Below are positions 20,841 through 30,301 of a DNA stretch of 54,330 nucleotides, one piece after another. The stretch is from positions 1 through 54,330 of IMG/VR virus record IMGVR_UViG_3300044846_004207; one strand, 5' to 3'. Position 1 is the stretch's first letter. Each line of letters begins with the position of its first letter. Both the position numbers and the translations under genes were made by a program. Source of the DNA: a virus. Its lineage: Duplodnaviria > Caudoviricetes. The notes under the pieces were generated by a model. It was not told where the DNA came from. It worked only from the letters and a program-made list of their open reading frames with translations, and searched no databases.

Positions 20841-22778
20841 ATGTCTACTAGAAAAAAATATGACGACGCTAAAAGTAAGGTAGATTCGTATAAAACCGTT
20901 AGAGATCAAAAAAGAAAAGAACTCGAAGAGAGAAGAAATGCAACAAAAGAAAATTTTAATCAGAAAAAACAAGACGCAGTAAAACAAATTAATGATTTTA
21001 AAAAAAATGCAAAAAACAAGGTAAATGAAATTAAATCCCAAGTTAAAAACCAATTAGAAGAGTTATTGGATTTATATAAACAAATTTTACCTTCAGGTGG
21101 CGGTAACAACGGATTGTCTACAATTGGTAAATTATTTTTAGAGGCTTGTGAAAACACTAAAAATAGAATGTTAGAAATACTGGTGGAAGAGATAGTTTCT
21201 ACCCTTGGGTGTTCTGAAGAACAAAATTTTCAAGCAGACATACCAATTTATATAAAAGTTAGTCAAATAGATTTATTTAAAATATTAAAAGAAGGACCTG
21301 AAGGGGAATTTGCAAAATTTTACTACGAAAAGAAAGAAACCCCAAATGGAACTTTACCGTATTCTATGAATCGGGAATTATATAAAAGACTTCAATCACC
21401 TTTGTCTTTTGTTCAAGAATATGGATCCAAATATATTGGAGCATCAGGTAACGGTTTATTTAATATACGGTATGTTGATCAATATACCGATAGTAATGGT
21501 GTAGTACAATATGGAGACTTTTATGAAGTTATAGTCTCATCACAACCTAACGGTAATATATCAATAACAAATTTTCTTTTTGATTACTTTGAAAGTATTC
21601 AATTATTTGATATAGAGGACATTGCTGCGAATTTATTAAATTACCTTTTAGGTTCATTAAGTTTTGGGATGGGTACCTCAAAAGCGGATTTAACTGATCT
21701 TGAAAAATTCTTTAAAATTATTATGAGAATTATGGGACTTTGTTTCGATCCAACAAAAAAAATAGACGTAGCAGGAACCGCAAAATTACCTGAATTTGAT
21801 ATTATTGATGATGATTTTTTTGAGGTTACAAACCAAGAATTAAGACAAATTGAATATAGTGTTGATTTAACCGTAAATGGACTTGTTGAGTTTGAGGATT
21901 GTGGGGATGTGACTTTACCAATAAACCCTCAAGCAACTGTAAATATTTTGGATGAAATAATTACAGAGGTAAATTTACCAAATAAAATTAAAAAATTATT
22001 TAACGGATTAAGTGACACCGCTAATGATCCTAATTGGCAAAATTTAATATCCCCTCAAGTTGATATTAATGCAAATCTTATATTGAACTTAATTAAAAGT
22101 TTACCAATGATTCTTGTAAAAATAATTTTATCACCTAAAGTAATGTTAGGTTTTTTAGTGATGTTAAAATCAATAGCAAGTAATTTTGATTTGAATTATG
22201 AAAACTTAGAAGAATTTTTAAAAAATTTCAAAAAATTTGCTGTTAATTTTTCAAGAAGAATTTTTGCAATTTTTATTGAGGAAATATTTGAGATAATCAA
22301 AAGAGAGATAAAAATATTAGTAGAAAGTTTACTATTAGACATCATCCAAGAAGCCAAAAATAAAAGGATTCAGATGTATTCTACAATTATATACATATTA
22401 CAACAACTTGTCCAAGCATTTATTGATTTTAGAAGTTGTAAAAGTGTTATTGATGAAATTCTAAAACTATTGAATTTAGGATTAAGTCAACTTAATTTAG
22501 GGTTACCTTTATTTATTTTAGCCGCTTCTGATTTATTAGGTGGGGTTTCAGATACTAGGGCGTTTGCAAACGTAATTGAAAACATGCAAAGGGCAGGGTT
22601 ACCTACCGGAGACAATGGTGATGGTTCACCAAACAGAATGAACGCAGCAATGTTTGGAATGATTAAAGGACAAAATAAAGAACAGGCTGAAAATGGAAAA
22701 ACAGAAATTTATATACCACCATTAGCGGTTGCTGGAGGGTTTACAAAACCAACAAAAGGAAAAGGAAAATCATATTAA
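20841..22778 (+). CDS. Hypothetical, probable virion/baseplate-region protein
   Basis: 645 aa ORF with charged coiled-coil N-terminus, upstream of spike-like gene. Confidence 0.55.
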   Translation: MSTRKKYDDAKSKVDSYKTVRDQKRKELEERRNATKENFNQKKQDAVKQINDFKKNAKNKVNEIKSQVKNQLEELLDLYKQILPSGGGNNGLSTIGKLFLEACENTKNRMLEILVEEIVSTLGCSEEQNFQADIPIYIKVSQIDLFKILKEGPEGEFAKFYYEKKETPNGTLPYSMNRELYKRLQSPLSFVQEYGSKYIGASGNGLFNIRYVDQYTDSNGVVQYGDFYEVIVSSQPNGNISITNFLFDYFESIQLFDIEDIAANLLNYLLGSLSFGMGTSKADLTDLEKFFKIIMRIMGLCFDPTKKIDVAGTAKLPEFDIIDDDFFEVTNQELRQIEYSVDLTVNGLVEFEDCGDVTLPINPQATVNILDEIITEVNLPNKIKKLFNGLSDTANDPNWQNLISPQVDINANLILNLIKSLPMILVKIILSPKVMLGFLVMLKSIASNFDLNYENLEEFLKNFKKFAVNFSRRIFAIFIEEIFEIIKREIKILVESLLLDIIQEAKNKRIQMYSTIIYILQQLVQAFIDFRSCKSVIDEILKLLNLGLSQLNLGLPLFILAASDLLGGVSDTRAFANVIENMQRAGLPTGDNGDGSPNRMNAAMFGMIKGQNKEQAENGKTEIYIPPLAVAGGFTKPTKGKGKSY

Positions 22779-22780
22779 TT

Positions 22781-22984
22781 ATGAAATCAGATAAAGTATT
22801 AGAAATATTAAAAGATTATAAAAATGCATCTAATAAAGAAATAATGGATGTTATGAATTTTTTAATTGAGGATTTTGAAAAAACAAAGGATTTAATTATA
22901 AAACTAACACACCATTTAGATTCAACAGAAAATAGTTATAATAAATTATTAGACGAGTATAAAAAAAGAATAGATAATGCCTAA
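22781..22984 (+). CDS. Hypothetical protein
   Basis: Coupled small helical ORF. Confidence 0.65.
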   Translation: MKSDKVLEILKDYKNASNKEIMDVMNFLIEDFEKTKDLIIKLTHHLDSTENSYNKLLDEYKKRIDNA

Positions 22985-24557
22985 AGAAAAAAGACCAACA
23001 GTAGAAGATTTTCCGTTTGACATAACCCAAAACTTTTTTTTTGGTCAATGTTTGGATTATAATGATCCATTAATGTTGGGTAGGATTCGTGCGGTTTCTA
23101 TTGTTGACAATTACGAACAAAGAGAAAAATCTGCACAGGGGTTCGACCCAAACGGTTCATTTGAAACAAACGGTCCTTGGTCTGAAAAAGATCCATTTAT
23201 TTTTTTACCTTACTTACCTTACTTTATTAATCAAGTTCCACAACCAAAAGAAATGTGTCTTTTATTTTATTTTGATAGAAGAAACCGTTCTGGTAGGAAT
23301 AAATTTTATATGGTTGCCCCGTTTTCTTCTCCTTTAACTATTAAGTTTGAAGATTACCAATCCGCAAGAACGAGGTTGGATTTTGGTAGACAAAATTCAT
23401 CGGTAAGTTTTCCACCAATAAAAAATGGTGATGGACAATATAAAAACCCGTTACAAAATAAAGGGGTATTTGTTGAACCGGCAGACATATCAATTAATGG
23501 TAGAGATAGTGCCGATATTATTTTAAAAAATAATGAGTTATTATTAAGGGCAGGTAAACACTTACCTTTTGAACGTGGACAAATACCTGCAGCAAACGAT
23601 AATAGGGCATTTATACAGTTAACTAATTATGATAAAATGACAGTTAACGGTGAAACTAAAGAATACCGAAGATTAACAAAAGAAAATCGTAAAATAAAAT
23701 ACCTTGTAGAATATTACTGTCTTAATCCTGAAACTCAGTTTGAAGTTTTTACTGGTGGTGTCTTAATTTATGAGGTTCCTGATAATCCATTTTCTAATGA
23801 AACACAAATTGGATTTTTTGGTTACGGAACAAACTATACAGGAGAAACAAATTTAATTTATCAAAAACAAATTAATTCAGTTAGTGGTGTCACTAATTTT
23901 GCAAAAGAAATAAACGACGTTTTAGTAAATTTTAAAGACACGCCAAATTTAATAACTTCAGTCCCTAACGGACAACAATTTCCTTTTTACTATAGACCTG
24001 ATTCCAATTTTAGAAAAACGTTAACTGATGTTACAGGAAATATAGATTTAGTAAAATTAAGTAATTTAACAAGAATAAAAGAATCGGTTAGGATGTCTGC
24101 AACCGAAAACACTATGGGTTATAATTTTATTCTTAATAAGAAAATGGATCCGAATATTCCAATAGAGGCAGTAGATGAATCGGTAACAGAAAAAATTACA
24201 GAAAACATTGATAACTCGGTTGGTATTATTGGGGCTAATCAAATATTTTTACTTTCCCATCAAACAAATATTGAGGGTAAACCACCAGGTGTTGATTTGA
24301 AAAACAGTGTTTACGGAATTGAATATCCACAAGTTGTTGATAACATTGAGCCAAGTACGTCCCCAATGGTTAGAGGTGATGAGCTTATGGATTTATTACA
24401 ATTAATTGTTGAATTCCTTGTGACTCACGATCACCCATACCCGATGCTACCTCCAACACCGGTGTCTCTATCATCCAATATTTCAACACAACAAGTATTA
24501 ACTAAACTACAAGAAGCTTACGAAAAAGTATTAAACAAAAATATTCGAATCAATTAA
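22977..24557 (+). CDS. Baseplate central spike/hub protein (gp5/gpV-like)
   Basis: N-terminal DPLMLGRIR OB-fold motif; C-terminal VRGDEL...THDHP HxH apex motif. Confidence 0.65.
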   Translation: MPKEKRPTVEDFPFDITQNFFFGQCLDYNDPLMLGRIRAVSIVDNYEQREKSAQGFDPNGSFETNGPWSEKDPFIFLPYLPYFINQVPQPKEMCLLFYFDRRNRSGRNKFYMVAPFSSPLTIKFEDYQSARTRLDFGRQNSSVSFPPIKNGDGQYKNPLQNKGVFVEPADISINGRDSADIILKNNELLLRAGKHLPFERGQIPAANDNRAFIQLTNYDKMTVNGETKEYRRLTKENRKIKYLVEYYCLNPETQFEVFTGGVLIYEVPDNPFSNETQIGFFGYGTNYTGETNLIYQKQINSVSGVTNFAKEINDVLVNFKDTPNLITSVPNGQQFPFYYRPDSNFRKTLTDVTGNIDLVKLSNLTRIKESVRMSATENTMGYNFILNKKMDPNIPIEAVDESVTEKITENIDNSVGIIGANQIFLLSHQTNIEGKPPGVDLKNSVYGIEYPQVVDNIEPSTSPMVRGDELMDLLQLIVEFLVTHDHPYPMLPPTPVSLSSNISTQQVLTKLQEAYEKVLNKNIRIN

Positions 24558-24558
24558 G

Positions 24559-24566
24559 TATTTATA
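24559..24566 (+). promoter_or_regulatory. Putative late promoter TATTTATA
   Basis: Recurrent motif upstream of ATG 24579. Confidence 0.55.
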
Positions 24567-24578
24567 TATAAAAAACAA

Positions 24579-26060
24579 ATGTCTATATATAAATCTTATT
24601 TTGATAAGTCGGATACTATACTTTATAATTCATATACCAATACCTCAAGAAACCCAATTGTTGAGTTGTTTTTTGGTAGATTGGACAATATCGGTATTCC
24701 TTTTGGTTTTAGTAGGTATATCTTTGATTTAGATTTAACCAAACTTACAAATCTATATAATGAAGGTGTAATCTCAACTGGGTGTACAGGGTTTAATGGA
24801 ATATCCCACACTTTAAGAATGACAAATACTTCGTTTTTTGATGGGGATTTATTAAATGATAAAACATCTCAAGGAAGAAGAAGAGCAACATCATTTGATT
24901 TAGTATTGTATAGAATACCAAAAACTTCAGGTACAACAGGTGACACTCAAGTTTGGGATAGTGGTGTAGGATATGATTATTACGATTATAAAATAAATCC
25001 ATATAACGACAAATCTTATTCGGATAGACCTGTCAATTGGTTTCAAACAACAACTATTAGTAATTGGTCGTTACCTGGAATATATGATAATACAAACTCA
25101 CAAGTAGAAACAGGTTTGAATTTTAGTGGGTTAACTATCATAGATACCCAACATTTTGAATTTGGTAATGAAGATATCGAGTTTGATATGACAGACGAAA
25201 TAAACGGGATATTACAGGGTACAATAACTGGAGTAACAGGATGGGGTATTTCATATTACCCACAAGTTGAAAACATATCAGGACTTACTGAAAACTATTC
25301 CGTAGGGTTCTTTTCCCCTAATACACAAACATTTTATGAACCATTTTTAGAGACAAATTACGACGATTTAATTATTGATAATAGAACCACGTTTTACGCT
25401 GGAAATAATAACAATTTATACTTATTTGTTTATGAAAATGGAAATCCAGTAAATCTTGACTCACCTCCATTAGTTGATATCCAAGATATGGATGGGACTT
25501 ACATTTCAGGTTTTATTAATTTACCATCTTGTCTTGTAACAAAAGGGGTTTATAAAGTAAATGTTAATAATTTAACAGGAGTAACAACTCCTTGTTTATA
25601 TTATGACATATGGAAAAATTTGTCAATTAACGGAACATCATTAAGTAATCAAGAAAATGAATTTGTATTGTTAGCAAAAAATGGAAACATAAAAATTGGT
25701 AGTACAACAGAAACACCAAAACTTTATGGGTTTGACTTTTTTGGTATTAAACAAAACGAAAAAATATTAAACACAGATGTTAGAAAAGTTAACGTCATAA
25801 TAAAACAAGCATACACTTCAAGTCAACCATTATTCAATGTCGAAGCCTATTATAGAATTTATGTTAGAGAAGGGGCTAATACCGAAGTTCAAGTTCAAGA
25901 TTGGACAAGAATAAATCAAACTGTAGATGGGTATTATTTCATTTTTGATACAACAGATAAATTACCAAATGAATATTTTATAGACATTAAAGTTAATAGT
26001 GATAGAAACATTGACACATATAAACGAGAATTACAATTCCAAATAGTTAATAAAAAATAA
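24579..26060 (+). CDS. Probable virion structural protein
   Basis: Beta-rich, Thr/Gly-rich; late motif upstream; structural context. Confidence 0.55.
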   Translation: MSIYKSYFDKSDTILYNSYTNTSRNPIVELFFGRLDNIGIPFGFSRYIFDLDLTKLTNLYNEGVISTGCTGFNGISHTLRMTNTSFFDGDLLNDKTSQGRRRATSFDLVLYRIPKTSGTTGDTQVWDSGVGYDYYDYKINPYNDKSYSDRPVNWFQTTTISNWSLPGIYDNTNSQVETGLNFSGLTIIDTQHFEFGNEDIEFDMTDEINGILQGTITGVTGWGISYYPQVENISGLTENYSVGFFSPNTQTFYEPFLETNYDDLIIDNRTTFYAGNNNNLYLFVYENGNPVNLDSPPLVDIQDMDGTYISGFINLPSCLVTKGVYKVNVNNLTGVTTPCLYYDIWKNLSINGTSLSNQENEFVLLAKNGNIKIGSTTETPKLYGFDFFGIKQNEKILNTDVRKVNVIIKQAYTSSQPLFNVEAYYRIYVREGANTEVQVQDWTRINQTVDGYYFIFDTTDKLPNEYFIDIKVNSDRNIDTYKRELQFQIVNKK

Positions 26061-28078
26061 TGGCAAATTTTATTAAATTACAAGCATCGGTTTGTTGTAC
26101 TGAAGAGGTAGTACAATTTGTTGTTGACGATATAACTAGTGCAATAACAACAGGAAATACGTACTATTTCACCGTTGGGGAAAACCGTTACTGTGCAACC
26201 GTTGATGCAATTCAAGCCGGTGAAGGTCCAGCAAGGGCAACTTTTACTGGAGATTACACATCTTGTGAAGAGTGTTTAAGTGGAATAACAACTGCTGTAC
26301 AAGTTACAGAATGTGTAAGAGGGGAAAGTTATTTTATTGATATTGCAACATTTACAACATTACCAACAATTGGTGATGTTTATTATATGACAATAACTTT
26401 AGACGATACTATCATAACGAGTTGTTTTACCATTAGATGTTTTGTAACACCAAGAGATGGTGAGAGAATCTTAAGTTTAACATCTATTAGTGATTCATAT
26501 ACTGGATGTACCGAATGTTTAGTAAATAATTTTACAATATATCAAGTTAATACTTGTTTAGAACCCTTTACCGCCTATTATATTGAATTTCCTTCTGGTT
26601 TTGATTATAGCAACTATGTTGTGACTTTTATTGATAGTTTTGGTGATATACAATGTGGTATTACCGATACCGTCCAAGAGACTGAAGCAACAGGGACATT
26701 AATTTCTATTTTAGGTACAAATTTTGATGTTTCTTGTGAAGAATGTTTAGCAATTAGTAATGAAAAAAGAATTATAACAAATTGTTTAACAGGAGGGACT
26801 GAAGTTGTTTGGGGTTCTGTATTTTATGAAGGCGCTGAAGTCACAAATTTATCAACAAATACAGGTTGTTTTGAGGTAGGCGATTTAACTGAATCTGCAG
26901 TTACAATTAATACCTTTTTAGATTATAACCCACAACCTGATTGTCAAGAATGTATTCAGTGTGACGGCGTAGATTATTATTATTCGAGTTGTACAGAAAA
27001 CGGACCAATTGCAAACATAAGTTACGACGCAGGTTCAGAATTATTGGATGGTGAATATTTCCTTACAGGAACCACAGACGGTAATGGTGTTGGTGCATTT
27101 TTTAATGTAGTCGTTGATGGTGGTAGTATTTTAAATATTAGTTTTGGTAGTGGTATTGGTTATCAAGTAGATGATACGATATCAATAAGTTCACCTCCTT
27201 TTGGTGGTTCTGATCCATTTGTAATAACTATTACTGATGTAACATTAACTGGTATTGTTAGATCGTACCAATATGTGAATAATGCAGTTGGAAAAACGTT
27301 TTTTGTACCTCAATTAAATTCGTGTGTTGAGATTACATTAGTTGCAAACCCATCAGACGCATTACCAAATTATTATTTATATAGTTTTGATGTTTTTGAT
27401 AATTGTCCGCAGTGTGAATCAGAAGCTGATAATTTTTATATATGGAAAACAAGGGAATGTGGTACTGGTTTAAACTATATTGTTGTTTTGGATAGCAATT
27501 CTTTCACAACAGGAGACTATGTTAAAGTAAAGAGAGGGACAATTGATTTTCAGTGTCATGAATTAATATCACCATATGATTTTATAACTGATCGTAATTT
27601 GAATTCTTATATTTCAAATACAACATCCCCTTTTAGTGATTGTGAAACTTGTAATATCGGAACTTTGATTGGTGCATCCATTGTTAAATGTGGTGGTGGA
27701 GGACAACAGTTTGTTAATATTCCAATTGATATATGGAATATAATGGCATATACAGACAGTCAATTAGTGTTTGTAACTCAAAATTATGGACAATGTTATA
27801 TTTTATTAAATAGTTGTCCATTAGAACCTAATTACACGACAATAACACCCGTATCAACATATTATAACTGTATTCAATGTGTTTTTGATAACACAAGATT
27901 TCCAAGAAGTGCAAATACAGAAACTTTAATATGTGTTGTTTGTTGTGATTGTGGTTCTACAGGAAGCACAATAACCCAAGTGGCTCCACCACACCCAGTA
28001 TATACCGATCAATATGGTACTGATGTAACACAAATGAATATGGTTGTACTTGGTGGTCCAAAAGGATTGAATAATTAA
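26060..28078 (+). CDS. Cys-rich repeat protein, probable virion fibre/surface protein
   Basis: Repeated C..C..CxxC units (CEEC, CTEC, CEEC, CQEC, CPQC, CETC, CIQC) and terminal CVVCCDC. Confidence 0.65.
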   Translation: MANFIKLQASVCCTEEVVQFVVDDITSAITTGNTYYFTVGENRYCATVDAIQAGEGPARATFTGDYTSCEECLSGITTAVQVTECVRGESYFIDIATFTTLPTIGDVYYMTITLDDTIITSCFTIRCFVTPRDGERILSLTSISDSYTGCTECLVNNFTIYQVNTCLEPFTAYYIEFPSGFDYSNYVVTFIDSFGDIQCGITDTVQETEATGTLISILGTNFDVSCEECLAISNEKRIITNCLTGGTEVVWGSVFYEGAEVTNLSTNTGCFEVGDLTESAVTINTFLDYNPQPDCQECIQCDGVDYYYSSCTENGPIANISYDAGSELLDGEYFLTGTTDGNGVGAFFNVVVDGGSILNISFGSGIGYQVDDTISISSPPFGGSDPFVITITDVTLTGIVRSYQYVNNAVGKTFFVPQLNSCVEITLVANPSDALPNYYLYSFDVFDNCPQCESEADNFYIWKTRECGTGLNYIVVLDSNSFTTGDYVKVKRGTIDFQCHELISPYDFITDRNLNSYISNTTSPFSDCETCNIGTLIGASIVKCGGGGQQFVNIPIDIWNIMAYTDSQLVFVTQNYGQCYILLNSCPLEPNYTTITPVSTYYNCIQCVFDNTRFPRSANTETLICVVCCDCGSTGSTITQVAPPHPVYTDQYGTDVTQMNMVVLGGPKGLNN

Positions 28079-28088
28079 AACATAATGA

Positions 28089-28096
28089 TATTTATA
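28089..28096 (+). promoter_or_regulatory. Putative late promoter TATTTATA
   Basis: Recurrent motif upstream of ATG 28110. Confidence 0.55.
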
Positions 28097-28109
28097 TAAA
28101 AAAGAAAAA

Positions 28110-28736
28110 ATGGCAAATTATATTGTAGAAGGTTGTTTAGATGGTTTAGAGTATATTGTATCGGCATCTACAACACTATCACCTCTTGAGGTTATTGATT
28201 TTAACTTTGGCGAAGAACCAGCGATTTGTGGTACAGTTATATCTGAAACTGAACTTGAACCCCTACCGTTATATACTTATTTACATTCTTATACTGATTG
28301 TTGTGATTGTTTTACTGGTGGTACTTTACAATCTTTAGAATTTCAAAACTGTGACGGGACAACTTTTTTATACAGTATAAGTGGTTTTTGTGAAGTTTAT
28401 GGTAGTAACCCAAGAAAAGATGAGGTATTTCAATTTTCTGAAAATGAAGTATTATTTTGTGCTACTTTTATAGAGGGAAAAGATGATATACCTGATGACA
28501 ATAATTATTTTCCTGAAAACGGTCCATTTGTTACTTGTAATGAATGTGAATCAGACATACCAAGATCGGCAAATACCGAAGCAACTGTTTGTGTAATTTG
28601 TTGTGATTGTGGTTCAACTGGTGGTACAATAAATCAAATTACCCCACCTAATCCAGTATGGACTGATGGATATGGTACAGATGTAACACAATTAAATATG
28701 ATTGTTCTTGGTGGACCAACAGGTTTAAATTCTTAA
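28110..28736 (+). CDS. Short Cys-rich paralog of the upstream gene
   Basis: Two Cys repeats plus a near-identical C-terminal PRSANTE...CCDCGSTG...VLGGP domain. Confidence 0.7.
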   Translation: MANYIVEGCLDGLEYIVSASTTLSPLEVIDFNFGEEPAICGTVISETELEPLPLYTYLHSYTDCCDCFTGGTLQSLEFQNCDGTTFLYSISGFCEVYGSNPRKDEVFQFSENEVLFCATFIEGKDDIPDDNNYFPENGPFVTCNECESDIPRSANTEATVCVICCDCGSTGGTINQITPPNPVWTDGYGTDVTQLNMIVLGGPTGLNS

Positions 28737-28740
28737 AATT

Positions 28741-29193
28741 ATGAAAAATATTAATAGTATTATAAAAAAAGTTTTGATGGAAACCCGTCAAGAATCACAA
28801 AGATATATGTTCTTTTCAAATCTTGAACAAATGAAAAGACAATGTGAAACGTTATTAGAAATGGACAAATCTGAAATTGAACAAATATTGGATTATGGGC
28901 ATGATTGGGCACAAGATCATATTGCAGAAGCAAAAAACAATATGGATCAAGTTTTTGATTTTCTAATGAACGAAACGAAAGGTGGTGATATGTCATCTGA
29001 AATGGATATGGAAGATGATGATATGATTGAAGAGGGTAGAAAAAAGAAAAAAAACAAACCAACAAATCCAAGTCTATGGCAACAATCATTATCATGGGCA
29101 AAACAAAGATATGAGGTATGTCCAAGTGCCTATTGTAATGGTGCTGCAGCAAAAAGATACAAATCCAAAGGAGGTAAATGGAGAAAAGGATAA
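28741..29193 (+). CDS. Hypothetical protein, candidate internal head protein
   Basis: IIKKVLME leader, acidic middle, basic C-terminal PSAY...YKSKGGKW module. Confidence 0.6.
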   Translation: MKNINSIIKKVLMETRQESQRYMFFSNLEQMKRQCETLLEMDKSEIEQILDYGHDWAQDHIAEAKNNMDQVFDFLMNETKGGDMSSEMDMEDDDMIEEGRKKKKNKPTNPSLWQQSLSWAKQRYEVCPSAYCNGAAAKRYKSKGGKWRKG

Positions 29194-29218
29194 TAATTCC
29201 TTTTTTTTAAAAAAACTT

Positions 29219-29248
29219 TTTGGTAATTAGATAATTTTATTATCTTTG
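29219..29248 (+). promoter_or_regulatory. Bacteroidota primary-sigma promoter
   Basis: TTTG (29219) - 18 nt - TATCTTTG (29241). Confidence 0.7.
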
Positions 29249-29269
29249 TTCTTTATCAAACAACCATAT

Positions 29270-29548
29270 ATGAAGAACAAAAAAATTTATGTGTTAAGAA
29301 CAGGAGGACTTTCCAAGATTGATAACAGGTTTCATTTTCACGATATTGAAGTTTTTTCTTCAAATAAAAAAATTAACGATGAAATCAAAAAAAGAATCGA
29401 CATTAATAAGGGTACAAATGTCAGATATGATGAAGGATTTTGTGGTTATGGAACATACCAAAACACTTTGATTACTTACGATTCAATAGATATTGATGAA
29501 AATCCAATAACAATCAGATATGAATTATTAGAAAAAAAGTTAAATTAA
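29270..29548 (+). CDS. Hypothetical protein (ATG at 29270 preferred)
   Basis: ORF downstream of a host-type promoter. Confidence 0.65.
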   Translation: MKNKKIYVLRTGGLSKIDNRFHFHDIEVFSSNKKINDEIKKRIDINKGTNVRYDEGFCGYGTYQNTLITYDSIDIDENPITIRYELLEKKLN

Positions 29549-30267
29549 AGAATAGATAAAATACTTTTTACAAGAAAATCAACGGACTCATTTTGAGTTT
29601 TTTTCTTTTTTGGTTTGTATGAAACCATTATTGGTTTTTGTCCCTTTCCTGTTTGAGTATCTTTTTTCTCGGCTCTTCTTTTTTGTTGACATGCAGCTCT
29701 TTTTTGTGCTGCCGTCATATTTCTTGCAACATTCACCGCTCTACATTTAGGATAACCCTTCGATTCACCTTCAGGTCTACCACATGGTGGATGTCCACCA
29801 CCTTCCTTTTTTCTGCAAATATTAACCCAAGGACCTTGTGGTTGTTTAGAACCTTTTCCTTTCTTTTTTGTTCCAAACCAAACTGCCAAATCTTCATTTA
29901 AATTAATACTATCTAACTCAACCCATTCTTTTAGTGGTACAAAATTTTTATTTTTTCCTGGCGTTGCATTTATAATTCCTCCGTCATCATCACTAAATGT
30001 TTTATGAGTCTTATTATATTTAGAAATTTTACGTGCCTTTGATTCCATTTTTTTAATGTTTTTTTTACCAGTATCTAATGTACCATCATAACTATCATAT
30101 TCTAATTCGGCATTGAAAAAATCAGAAACTTTGGTGCTAAATGGTGCAGTTTCAGTTTTGTTCCATTCAATCTCGCCCATAGTTAAAGGTCCGTTATATG
30201 ATCCAGCGTATCTATTAGAATTTGCTTCTTTAATGATTGTCCTTACAATATTTTTTATATTTAACAT
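29545..30267 (-). CDS. Hypothetical protein with DUF5872-like basic C-terminal domain, candidate internal head protein
   Basis: EDLAVWF...PWVNI...PCGR...YPKCR; IVRTIIKE leader; late motif at 30282-30289. Confidence 0.55.
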   Translation of the reverse strand: MLNIKNIVRTIIKEANSNRYAGSYNGPLTMGEIEWNKTETAPFSTKVSDFFNAELEYDSYDGTLDTGKKNIKKMESKARKISKYNKTHKTFSDDDGGIINATPGKNKNFVPLKEWVELDSINLNEDLAVWFGTKKKGKGSKQPQGPWVNICRKKEGGGHPPCGRPEGESKGYPKCRAVNVARNMTAAQKRAACQQKRRAEKKDTQTGKGQKPIMVSYKPKKKKTQNESVDFLVKSILSIL

Positions 30268-30301
30268 ATAAACTGTTTATATATAAATATATTATAACTT
30301 C

